Shown piece after piece: positions 24,222 through 36,494 of a stretch of DNA of 64,000 nucleotides. Position 1 is the first letter of the stretch. The number at the start of each line of letters is the position of its first letter. The notes under the pieces were generated by a model. The model worked only from the letters and a program-made list of their open reading frames with translations, did no database searches and was not told the DNA's origin. This DNA comes from Octopus sinensis (Eukaryota). The DNA lies in the NCBI RefSeq assembly GCF_006345805.1, contig NC_043011.1, positions 744,001-808,000 of the forward strand, written 5' to 3'. A program made the translations under genes and the position numbers.

Positions 24222-24816
24222 TGTAACGAATATGTGAATATCTCCTCTTGCACTTTTGGGGTGCAAGTTGGTGCAATCACTTTCCGTTGCTTTTATATCC
24301 AGACTCTACCAGTCAAAGAAACACAAAACGCAGACGTAAAAAATAGATATACTTTATTGTTTTATACCGGTGAGAAATCAGTGGTATATCTGATGTCCTT
24401 GGTTCTGGGCGCGCAAGGCTGAAAGTTAATCGATTGTAATATTTACAATGTTCAGCCGCTAAAAACAGAACGGGTCAAAATGGCGTCCGGAGGAAGAAGA
24501 TGATGTCTGCAACAATTCAGGTTAAAAGTCTTCGGCCAAAAGACTGCTGCTATCAAAACCGGAGAGAGAGCGAATTAAACGTCTGCTTTGGTGAAATGCC
24601 TGCCGCTGTCTGTCGGACGCTAATGGTCAACGCTTTATGCTCCCTTGCCTCTTTGTTAAGGCTCACGCTCCCTTGCCTCTTTGTTAAGGCTCGCGCTCCC
24701 TTGCTAAGGCCACGTCAGCAAGGCCACGTCAGCTAAGGCCACGTCAGCAAAATTCCCTCTTTCGGACTTTGTGTATTCGCGAGAGGGCGTTGCGCGCGCG
24801 CGCTGTTGTATAGGAT

Positions 24817-24823
<7 letters not shown>
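24222..24823 (-). repeat. 5' LTR (602 bp)
   Basis: Direct repeat of 19052-19639 with one extra AAGGCCACGTCAGC unit; followed on the minus strand by the PBS. Confidence 0.95.
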
Positions 24824-24903
<80 letters not shown>

Positions 24904-24938
24904 GGTATATATATGTATATCGTATATGTATATGTGTA

Positions 24939-25026
<88 letters not shown>

Positions 25027-25055
25027 TATATATACACACATATACATATATATAC

Positions 25056-25110
<55 letters not shown>

Positions 25111-25438
25111 ATACATATATGATATTCATATATGATATTCATACATATATATGCACACAGACATACACAGATGTGTGGATTTGCATGCACGTGTCTTTGG
25201 ATATACAGAGAAGAGAAAAACACTCAACATACTCGTATTGTGTTGGCAACAGGATGATCTTCCTGCTGTAAGATTCTGTCTCACATATCTTCCTACATAA
25301 CATGTTAGCATGGGGAAAAAAACAGGCATTTCAATAACGAACAAACGAATGTTTGGTTTAATGATGTTAATTCAAGAATGCATGTTTGGGTTGTACATCT
25401 CTGGTTATCCATGGGTTGCTTTTCTCTTCCCATTTCAT

Positions 25439-25893
25439 TGTGCATGTTTGTGCATATGTACACATAAGGACATTTTTATACATGCATAAGACTCTTAAAA
25501 TACATATTTTCATTTCTAATGAAATGAAAAAGATGTTGTACCGCAGCCTAGAAGACTGAGGTGAACAAGTTTGAAAGAATCACTGAAGCATCAATTTTTG
25601 CAATGGAGTACACTTTATTTAATTTTTTTCATACAGTCTAGATTGGTGGGTGTTGCTCATTTTTATGTAACCATGTCTAAGTGTGTGTGTGTGTGTGTGT
25701 GTGTACAGAGAGAAAGTGCAAATAAAAGATATACATAGATATAAAAGATACATATACAGATGGATATCATTTTTTGCTTATATGTTTAATGAATAAACAC
25801 TTATTTTGATAGAATTTTCACTCAACATATAGCTGCCACTCGTTTCTATTTCTGATCTCTCCCCTTTCTCTCTCTCTATACATGTATATATAC

Positions 25894-25957
<64 letters not shown>

Positions 25958-25999
25958 GTATATACGTATATATGTATATATGTATATATGTATATATAC

Positions 26000-26045
<46 letters not shown>

Positions 26046-26211
26046 GTATATATACATGATGCTTCAGTGGTTGTTTCAAACTTGTTCACCTCAGTCTTCT
26101 AGGCTGCTGTACAACATCTTTTTCATTTCATTAGAAATGAAAATATGTATTTTAAGAGTCTTATGCATGTATAAAAATGTTCTTATGTGTACATATGCAC
26201 AAACATGCACA
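25439..26211. repeat. ~155-bp inverted repeat (25439-25593 vs 26057-26211)
   Basis: Reverse-complement match with about 4 mismatches; right arm abuts a (TA)n tract. Confidence 0.88.
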
Positions 26212-26214
26212 TAT

Positions 26215-26422
26215 ACTCTTTTACTCTTTTACTTGTTTCAGTCATTTGACTGCGGCCATGCTGGAGCATCGCCTTTAGTCGAGCAAATCGACCCCAGGAC
26301 TTATTGTTTGTAAGCCCAGTACTTATTCTATCGGTCTCTTTTGCCGAACCGCTAAGTGACGGGGACGTAATCACACCAGCATCAGTTGTCAAGCAATGCT
26401 AGGGGGACAAACACAAACACAT

Positions 26423-26465
<43 letters not shown>

Positions 26466-26630
26466 TACGACAGGCTTCTTTCAGTTTCCGTCTACCAAAT
26501 CCACTCACACGGCATTGGTCGGCCCGGGGCTATAGCAGAAGACACTTGCCCAAGATGCCATGCAGTGGGACTGAACCTGGAACCATGTGGTTGGTTAGCA
26601 AGCTACTTACCACACAGCCACTCCTAGCCT
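26215..26630 (-). mobile_element. SINE family of 7521
   Basis: Full reverse-complement copy. Confidence 0.9.
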
Positions 26631-26959
26631 ATATATGTATACATTTCATGCACCATGTGTATAGAAGCTTTGTGTTTCTGGAAATCGTACTGTAATTTAG
26701 GATTTCAAAATGCAACATAAGTTTCACATCATGGAGTTCCATGTCATGGCTGGATTTTGTATGTGATCTAATTAACAGTGGTGTGGATGCTTGGGTGGCA
26801 TAATAGCCAGAAAAAGAAAACTATTAGGAAGTTGCTACCTTTGCTGACAATGAATGACTTCTACCTCAGAGTGAAAAGTAAATTGAATAATGTTTATGTG
26901 TAAAGTGCAAAGCCAAGGGGTAGCCAACTGGACCTTGGATGCAGAAGATTTGCAAAGAT

Positions 26960-27362
26960 ATCGAGAGTTACACAAATGCCAGAACTGGGCGCCACTGAAT
27001 AGTGCCAAGGACTCCAAATTTGCCATCAAGATGTAGGACAAGATACTGTGATAGCCTGGGCTTCCGAGGCCCACAGCTCTTCAATATCCTCCCGAAGAAC
27101 CTAAGAGACCTGCATGGGGTGGATGCAGATGTCTTTAAAATGAAACTGGATCTCTTCTTCTCAGGTGTCCCAGATGAACCAACTTCACGGCAGGAGGTGC
27201 AGATGAGGGCAGCTGCATCGAACTCTCTCATGCACCAGATGGCATTTGCTAAAAAGCATTCGTGAAGTAAAATCATGTAGCAACACCAAATGGCGGTGCC
27301 CCAGCATGGCCTCAGCTTGTGAGCTGAAACTAAATAAAAAATAAAATAAATAAATAAAAAAA
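26960..27362 (+). mobile_element. CR1/L2-group LINE 3' end (RT C-terminus, 3' UTR, A-rich tail)
   Basis: Open frame RGPQLFNILPKNLRDLHGVDADVFKMKLDLFFSGVPDEP; tail GGCGGTGCCCCAGCATGGCC..GCTGAAAC(TAAA)n. Confidence 0.8.
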
Positions 27363-28517
27363 TATGAAAGAAATAAATTGTATATATTTCTCTGGATGTG
27401 TAATGTTAGTGTGCATGAACTATGAAGTATAAATGAACTGAAAGAAAATCTGTTTTGGAGGAATCAGATATTGTAAAAAGAGAGAAGATTGTTGGTATAG
27501 GAATGTGGTGCATATGAATAACAACAGCTGCATAATAATGCTGGATGCTCAAATGGATGGTGCTTGTGGAAGAAGACTTAAATGTAGGATGAAATTTTGA
27601 AAACCAATCTCAAGGTGCTGAACATCACAAAAGATGTGACAAGGTAACATAACAAAGGGCAACATACTATACTTGGAAAATCCACACTCTCATACAAGTA
27701 TAGTGGAAAATCCACTCTCATATAAGATGGGTAGTAACAGTAGCATAGCTGCTCTTTCAGCATTGATCCCCTGCCATCTCCTGTCCATCTCTATGATACA
27801 CTCCACTCTCCATTTCTCTCACTCTTATTTCTGTATTCATTCACTGTCCCACTGGCCTTACCCCTTTTTCTTTCACTGTGCTTTCTCTACAGCCTCTCCA
27901 GCACTTCAACATCTCCTGCTCTTTGGTTCACTTCCCTAACACTCACTGCTCACTTTCATTCACTGCTCTTTCCTCAAAGCTTCTCTGGCCCCACTTCACC
28001 CTCATCTCTCTTTAACACACCCCTTTGCCCATATTCATTCTTAGGACATAGGATAACATAGGATCCCTACTATTCAACTATTCAACTTGGTATCTAAATC
28101 TGTTTTCTCTGGAATCTTTTGTTATTTGAATATATTTCGAAATATCATCTGAAATTTATCAAGGGAATATTTATCTTTATGTTTAAAAAAAAAAACAGCA
28201 ACAAAAATCTTGCAAGCAATACGTGCAAAAACTTTTGTTTCAAGCTCTTATTTTTCATTTTATTTCTGGCTCTCATAGTAATACAAACATCTTAAAACTC
28301 ATACAAGGGAAGTCACTCTGAGAAACATCCTCGTTAAATTGCATTATGCTATATTAGCACCTCATTATAATATCTAGTTGTCTTCATGAAGGCATTTTCA
28401 TGGTAGATAAGTGGATACCTGTTTACTACTATTATCAATTGAGTCCCTCAAGGTGCTGGGTGAGTGATTTGATTACCTATGGATGTACACTTATTTGTCA
28501 TTTGGTTTGTAGTATGA

Positions 28518-28750
28518 CAGGCAGCGAGCTGGCAGAAACGTTGGCACGTTAGGTGAAATGCTTTGCGGTATTTCGTCTGCTGTTATGTTGTGAGTTCAAA
28601 TTCCGCCAAGGTCAACTTTGCCTTTCATCCTTTCGGGGTCGATTAAATAAGTACCAGTTACATACTGGGGTCGATGTAATCGACTTAATACCTATGTCTG
28701 TCCTTGTTTGTCCCTTCTATGTTTAGCCCCTTGTGATTAATAAAGAAATA
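28518..28750 (+). mobile_element. tRNA-derived MetaSINE-like element
   Basis: GCCTTTCATCCTTTCGGGGTCGAT.AAATAAGTACC core; 14-bp TSD GGTTTGTAGTATGA. Other copies 37682-37915(-), 39605-39820(+), 43900-44010(-), 51800-51990(-). Confidence 0.8.
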
Positions 28751-28958
28751 GGTTTGTAGTATGATAGTTATTACTATTGCGTCTCAAGTTTCTGTCTAGA
28801 AAATTATCAGTAATAAGGTTACTATCTGTGCTAACTCTAAGTCGTATTTTCTGGAATACTTCAATCTAACTTTTCCCTGTAACAGTTTCTTGATAGAATC
28901 AGATCATCATTACAATATACATCTCAGTTTATTTCTGGAAATATTTTTCAATACATCT

Positions 28959-30089
28959 GGAATGAAGTCCAGATCCCACCCCTAGGACAACACCCTCTAG
29001 GTCAGAACCCCCTAAGTTGAAGTATGAAATAAGACAAAACTCTCTCAGTTATATTTTTTAAGCTTTTACTTTTAAATTTATTAACAAATAAAAAATATTT
29101 TGTGGTATAAAAATTTTTATTGAATAAATTAATTACTATTTAAGAACTTATTTTAATCCCAGCAGGATTATTGTATTTTCTTTTAAATATAAATTCAAAT
29201 AAATATGTTTGAAAATGTGAATTGTTTGTTCCATATTGGTGTTTGTAATTTTCTTTGACCACAATGTTTCAATATCTTTTTGATTAATTATATTTCCTAA
29301 TATTTCCTTTCTCCAGTTTTTGAGTGGGACTAAAAAAGCATTTTTTGTTTCCTCTTTCTGTACCACCAAAAACCCATTGATTGTTAATTCTCCTTCCATG
29401 AGTATATTTTTGCTTGAAAAAGATACATCAATTTTTACTTTTTTTTGGTGTACCAGCTTCATTAACCCAACCTAAAGATTCTTCTTTGCCCAATACATGA
29501 GGCATACATAAGTTTTTTTTATATGCACTCAAATAAGATTTTACCCCAATTTTTATAACCACTTTGAAAGTCACAACTTCAGACAGTGGCTGAAGTGGAA
29601 CTGATGCCTCATGAGATCTAGCAGCCTTATATACTCTCACCTGACTTGCCCTCCCCAGCAATCTCTGGCTGGTGACCTGACTGTGTCAGATTACTTTTGG
29701 AGGATTTCCATAAAGACCCTTGAATTTCCAAAGTGGATTATACACAGAAACAGGCCAGTGTTTTATTTTACCCTTATCTGTTTGCATTCTTTCCATGGTA
29801 GCTGGTTGCATTATTGGTCTTCCAATGGTTTTTTCAGGAAGATATGTTTTACCTTTTCATGAGGAATTTCAAAACACTGATCATGTAGAGTGAACCAACA
29901 CAAAAAAAAGATTATAATCATTTTCATGATTGCTTCAGTAATAAATTACTTAAATTAATTTTTTTTTCTGGTATTAAAGTTCAAAATCAGAAAAAATATA
30001 ACTCAGTGGATTTTGTCATATTTCATACTTTAACTTAGGGGATTTTGTCTTAGTTGGTTTTGCCCTAGATTTGTTTTGTCCTACACTCC
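28959..30089. mobile_element. Degenerate TIR DNA transposon (Mutator-like)
   Basis: ~130-bp imperfect TIRs (CCCCTAAGTTGAAGTATGAAATA.GACAAAA / TTTTGTCATATTTCATACTTTAACTTAGGGG) with G termini; splits the PLE RT. Confidence 0.6.
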
Positions 30090-32429
30090 AACTGGAGTTT
30101 TATATTTCTACTCAGCTCCAGCATATATGCTGCTATGGACACATTGAACAATTCGTTATTGTTATTCTAAAATAGAAATAATTTTCTTGCATTCATAATC
30201 ATATTACGGTACACGTAACTAAAATCAGGGATTATTTTTGCCAAACTGCATGAAACTACATTTTTTTTTTTTGGTTCTGCAAAACTATTCTGGTACATCT
30301 AAAGTGTTGCATCATAATCTTAAAAAGGAAACTGCTTTTTATTCTGGAAACTTCGACCGTAAGCCTACTCTAGTATAACCAGAGTTAAGTGTAGTCAGTA
30401 AAAGAATATTATTCTGAAAATTATTGTTTTCTAATATTTTTTTACTTCTAAACATAACTCACATTTTGCTGAGTTGATTAATCTACACTTAGAGTTAATC
30501 ACATAGTTTACTTTTTGTTCCTTAAGTCTTATAAAAGGGAACCAAGGTGCCATATGTTTTAGCTTATCCTCTATCTTTAGTTTTGATGTTAACATATTAG
30601 CTTGTGAATTAATAGAGCCATAAGCCACGTTTCTAAACTTCTTATGGATTATTTGTTATATTATTTGACAAAAGCATTTTGTATGTGCTAGCGTAGATGC
30701 TATACAAATTCCTTGTTTTATCAGAGAAAACATACAACTTGTATGATTTGTGTAGTGAGAGATCCAATGTTTATTGAGTTACTTTGGAAGTTTTTTGTGC
30801 ACCTTACAGAGCTTGAATTTTTTAGAAATGTTTAAAAGGTCTTCTTCAAATCTTGTTATGTTTTTGTCATATGGTGGATTTGTATGTATTCTGAAGCCTA
30901 ATTTGTTACCTTTATGGCATCAAGATTCTCTGCTTTCAAATAAATAACCACACCACCTGAATCTTCATATAAAGTTTACTATTTTTTCTCCAACATACAT
31001 TTCATATATATAACTATAATGCTTTTGGCTGAGAAGTCAAACTGGTGTTTATCCTTAACCAGGTGTCTACTTTTAGCAAAATAGCAATATAAATTTATTT
31101 TGATTCACTGAAGGAGATAAATTACAGAACTCAATACGTAAACACAGAGTATTCTTCAAAACTTACAATAAATGAAAAGTTCATAATTTCCAATATTCCG
31201 ATTTGCACAATTCTGATCATTTATCTGTTAATCCAAACCTGTTTCCTCTTGAATGTTCTGTTTGAATATATTTTGAAATATCAGATGAGTTATCAAGAAA
31301 ACACTTATCATTGTGATTTTTGGGTTATTTTACTGATAAAAATACCCAAAAAATTGCATGAGCGACAATTGCAAAATCAGTTATTTTAAGTTTGCATTTT
31401 TCAATTAATTTCTGGCTTTCTTGGTAATACTAAAACCTCATATAAAGGAGGTCACTCTAAGAACTGTCCTCATTGAATTGAGTTGCTAAGGTAATATTTT
31501 AAAAGCAAGTTTTTAAAAACATTTTGAAACTACTGTTTTTATTACTGGAACTTGATTGGAACTCAAAGAGGCTGACATACAATATTTAGCTCTGTATACA
31601 AAGTGTTAATATTTTAGTTATTTTGTTCACATCTTTACTCCCTAGAAACATACTTTTAAAAAAAATATTTTGCTCAAACAAAGGTCCACATTACATATTT
31701 GGTTTGAATTTACCATTCCTTTATGGCTGTGCCATGTCGACAACCAATCTGGTGATTTTGTATTCATGAGAGTTTACTTCAAATAAGAATTACATAAATT
31801 TCAACAAGGCCATAGTGTTTTTTTGTTTTATTTTGTCAAAGCTGATGAATGAGAATTTATGTTAACTTTCTGCAAACCAAGGTTTCATGCTGACAAAAAT
31901 TAGCAATATTTCAATCCAGAATTCAAATTACAAAAAACATTCTGCTAATAAATTTGTGCATGCATTTCTGAGACATGATGGCAAAGCACATCAGGTGTAA
32001 GATAGCTTCAAGCCATAGAAAGATACTCCATCAACCACACACAGCTTGCATATCATGCTGGGAATATTATCAGAAGCCCCTTGCAATCAATAAACAGTAA
32101 TTAATTTTGCTGCAAAAGTTGCAGAACGTTTCAAACAATAGATCACTACTAACAGATTAACAAGGCAAAACCTATACTTTTCTTTATACCTCAATATGGG
32201 CCATAGCTTGGAGTTCATACATGTATTATCTGAGAACCTACCTCCTCCTAATATTCATTTGCTCTTGAAAACCCAAGATGGCATTTTCAGTCACTCTCAT
32301 CAATTATAATACTGGGGTGACATTTGAGATTTTAGAATTACGGTTGGAAAGATACCAATTATAGTTAGCATCAAACGTTTGTTTGGAGAAAGTTAAGATA
32401 ATTTTATTAAGCATATTTGTTTATCTACC

Positions 32430-32777
32430 ACTAGCATGCATATACAGCTAGTACATGCATATACAGCTGCGTGCATGCGCACATACACGCAAGTACTGTC
32501 CAAATCTCCAACCAATCACATACAGCTAGCTGGCATTCAATTGGTGTATCAAGTTTTGGGCAATTTAATTGGGTTTTGGATAGAAAATTCACAAAAAAGT
32601 CACTTCTATTGATTTTTTAATGGCTTTGTGGGTTGACTGGGGAAATGTAAAGATGTACACAACCGTTCTCGGACGGTTTTGAATGACCATAGAAAGTGCG
32701 AGCCCTCTAACTGAAAAATCGTGGTTTTGTATAAAGGATACACACACAGACATTTTGCCGTTTATATATATAGAGAT
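32430..32777 (+). mobile_element. DINE-1/HINE-like (Helentron-associated) non-autonomous element
   Basis: Begins ACTAGC; ends with an ACAC tract followed by TTTATATATATAGAGAT. Confidence 0.45.
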
Positions 32778-33083
32778 ACTGGTGTTAAGTAGTAATTCTT
32801 CTCATTCATTACCTCGATATCTGTTCATTCAACTTTTTAAATGTCCATTGTTCCGTGGAAACATTTGATGGACATGAGAATTATATCTAAGGCAAGGTTT
32901 TATTGCTGGATGCTTTTCCTGTTACCAACTTTTAACCAGTTTCCAAGTAAAGGGTTGTTTATTCCACAGGTCTTTGATAATGCAGAATGAGCCCATGTAA
33001 AAACAAAAATGAATGCAAATCTCACCATCATTTTGATCAAACGGGGACAAGTGTGGAATATCAGCATTCACACATATTCACAT

Positions 33084-33125
<42 letters not shown>

Positions 33126-35569
33126 ATATCCTATGTCCCCAAAAATGATCCGTTGGATCACCAATAATTCAAGGTACCAGGAAAGTCTGAGTTTCACAGC
33201 AATGGAGTTTTGTTTCGTGGTTTTTTTCTTTTACAGGTTATTTCACATGCTTTCAGTGAATGTGACATCAAAATCACGCATAAACAGCTCCTTTCTCTAG
33301 AAAAAGAAAGACTTGGCTGCTATTTCTTGCCTGCCCTGCTACCACGTAACAGGTATTTCAGGTCCTTTAGAGCATGATAGAAATAGCAGCCAAATCTTTG
33401 TAAGTGAGATATGTTGAATGCACTTGAAACCTATGAAAAATAACTATTTCATACTAACGTTACGAATGGGTCTTTTATGATATATTTACCGTATTTTAAA
33501 ATCATTTTCAGTTTTAAATATTTGACCCATCATAATGTATCTGATGGAAAGGTTAGAGTTTCTTCTCTTTCAGGGTTAAGCTATTTTTGGAGTATTTTCC
33601 CATTATGCACTGCTTTGGGTATTTATACCTCCAAGAGCCCAAATATCTCAATAACCACTGGTCTGATTTACATGAAACTTGTTTTATTCCATTTGTATTC
33701 ACATTTCAGGGGCACTTTACTTTCAAAATATTTTCCCATTATGTGCCGGTTTTGCTGTGTAACATTGCAAGCAAGCAAACAAACATACATACACATATAT
33801 GTATGCATATGTTGTATTGGTGTCAGAGGCCAGTGAATACCAGGCCTCAACTGAATACACACCATATTGGATGGTGTAGATATATTTATTATCAGTCAGC
33901 CCTATGAAATTCTCAATTTGTTTGGCAGGTTTAGAAAGTTACCCTCTGAAATGTTTGAAAATACACACACACACACACAAAGGTCAGGTGTTCATCAGTC
34001 AGAAAAAAGCACACCCTAAAAGAAATTTTGAGTAGTTATAACTTTATGTGTTCAAGTAGTAGCTCCTTGATTCTGGCATTTAACTGCTCAGAAAGTTACA
34101 ATTTGTTTTGCATCTACTATTGCACTGGACAATACAGACAACTCATCAAACATGCTGACTGGAAGCTCATAACTTCTTTTCTGATGGAGGTAAATATACA
34201 GTCTTGGTCAGTGTAGTATTGAAAAAAAAGAAAAGAAATCAAAACAGAATGAAACAATCATTGAGAGCTGTGGCTGAAATGGGTCAGCTATGTCTGCATG
34301 TGTTTTTTCGTTCTCATGTCCACAAACAAGGAAGACTACATCTCCAAAATGAATTTTATGTTATGAGAGCAGCAACTAAAACTCTCACTTAATGAAAAGC
34401 TGTTGTATATCAACAAAACCTCCTACCACCTGCCTATAGGGCTTATAAATCTTGTGAAGTGTGTCAGTAAGAGGATTTCAAATTTATCCTCGAATAAAGA
34501 TGATTTAGGTGCAGCCACCCCTTATTAAAATGACACTCTTGCAGCCAACAGATTTAGGGACTGCATCACCTATATACCAGGACCTAGCATCCAGGAAAAA
34601 AAGTGCCACTGTTAAGTCCTCTGGCTTGCGCCAACATTCTCATTCAACATCAAAATCTGCAGGAGGAGGGTCTCTCTTAGATTAGTAAATAGCCATTTCA
34701 CACAGTCCCATAGGTAGAGAAGATTATTCAACTTAAGGGGTTCATTCAGCTGTGTGCATAGTGTAAAAAATTTAGTGAATGTCTCTGAACCCCGTACAGA
34801 GGTAGGATGATCATATAGGGTTAGGAGTGAGTACCCTGTGAATGGTCTATGTACCACTGTAGCTATGGTGTAACAAAGCAGAGGTGGTGTCTAACAACAA
34901 CAGCAGCATCAAAAGGACCCATACACATGGAAATATGTTGGAGCAATGGAGGGCCCATTTAAGGCCTGGCTAAATAACCACAGGTCCTCTTTTAGGATCT
35001 CAGGGAGGCACAGCATTTCAACATTAGTCAGCTATATATGGCAATTAAAAGAGGAGGAAAAGCTATATAAAATTAACTTGAGTTATACATCAACAGAAGT
35101 AGATGGTATAAACTTTGCTTAGCCAAAAGGATAAGGATCCTAAAAAATTTGTGTGCTCCAGGCACCTTTTTGAATTCAAAAAGTGAAATTTTTAGCCACT
35201 GCCCTCAAGACAGAAAATTTGTTTTGGAAACATAGTCTTCCCTGATTGTGGACTAGAGAACATAAAAAACATATGCAGGCACAGCTAACCCACTTCAGCC
35301 ATAGTTGGAATCATACAAGTGGGAGCAACTCTTCTTATCCTCTCAGAAAGTGTTTTGTTTTTCATTTCATTTTATTTTTTTCACTACCAAAACTGACCAA
35401 GATTGTATATTTACCTACATCGGTAAAGAGGCTTCTAGTGAGCATGTCTTATCAGTCATTTATATTTCCCAGGTCAATAGTAGACACAAAATCAAAGGTA
35501 ACTTACGAAACAGTTAAATGCCATAACAAAGGATATACTATTATACATGTGAATTCATATTCATAATAT

Positions 35570-35960
35570 AGGTGCAGGAGTGGCTGTGTGGTAAACAGCT
35601 TGCTTACCAATCACATGGTTCCAGGTTCAGTCCCATTGTATGGCACCTTGGGCAAGTGATTTCTACTATAGCCTCAGGTCGACCAAAGCCTTGTGAGTGA
35701 ATTTGGTAGACAAAAACTGAAAGAAGCCCATCGCATATACATATATATGTATATGTATATGTTTGTGTGTCTATGTTTGTCCCCCCACCATTGCTTGACA
35801 GACAATGTTGGTGTGTTTACATCCCTGTAATTTAGCAGTTTGGCAAGAGAGGCTGATAGAATAAGTACTAGGCTTAAAAAAATAAGTCCTGGGATCGATT
35901 TATTCAACTAATAGGTGGTGCTCCAGCATGGCTGCAGTCAAATGACTGAAAAAAATAAAA
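35570..35960 (+). mobile_element. SINE family of 7521 (older copy)
   Basis: Head and tail match. Confidence 0.85.
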
Positions 35961-36494
35961 AAATACCAGTAATAACTGGAGCAAGAGGTTTTGTTAGTAA
36001 ATGCTTGAAGGAGAATCTGATAAACTGGGATTTTCAGAAAGAGAAATCAACTGGCTGATTTGTACATTACAAGTGCAATCTGTGAGAGGAACAGTAAAAA
36101 TATGCAATACTTTTCTCAAGTTCCAAATGTGAATTTGTGTTAACTACATCCCAAAGATGGAGCCTTGTATCTTTGTTGGAAACCAGCTCCCTTCTCAGTG
36201 GAAGTTGTATAATAATTTTAAAAAATAGAAGAGACATACATACATACAAACAAACAACCGATCAAACAAAGTTCCTATTGAAAATCTGTACCATGGATAG
36301 AGTTATGGAATGAAGAATCTTATTTGTTATTTGCTTGTACATTTTTTCTTGCTGTTTATTCAGATGATCATTGAGTTTTAGCTTTCCTGATGATGTGTAA
36401 TATGAAGTTGGAGAGCTAACAACAAAAAACCCACTTGTTCATATGCGTGTAATGACATGAAATGCAGATTTTTGACCAAAATGTTATTGCATTT

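Larger units (their letters stand above)
19052..24823 (-). mobile_element. Full-length young Ty3/Gypsy LTR retrotransposon, CsRn1/Kabuki/Boudicca-like
   Basis: Two direct repeats with TGT...ACA termini (19052-19639, 24222-24823). PBS TGGTGACCCC, PPT GGAGGGGAGCTT, gag and pol ORFs, CHCC gag knuckle. Inserted in (TA)n with TATA on both sides. Confidence 0.96.
18709..25440. repeat. ~340-bp inverted duplication (18709-19051 vs ~25080-25440) flanking the (TA)n plus LTR element
   Basis: Arms are reverse complements with one substitution seen and a 13-bp tandem duplication in the right arm. Confidence 0.92.
28050..31500 (-). mobile_element. Long degenerate Penelope-like element, interrupted by a MetaSINE and a TIR element
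   Basis: Minus-strand motifs in order: FEEDLL, VFSDKTRNLY, KCRLINSAKCEL, IMNARK..FNVS, YCNDDL, NFLD, KPND..YIH..SNHSP. Diverged direct repeats ~28095-28355 and ~31235-31490. Confidence 0.75.

Noticed and set aside
31850-32340. Possible P-element/THAP transposase debris (LAYHAGNIIR)
   Set aside because: Single weak motif; no TIRs found.
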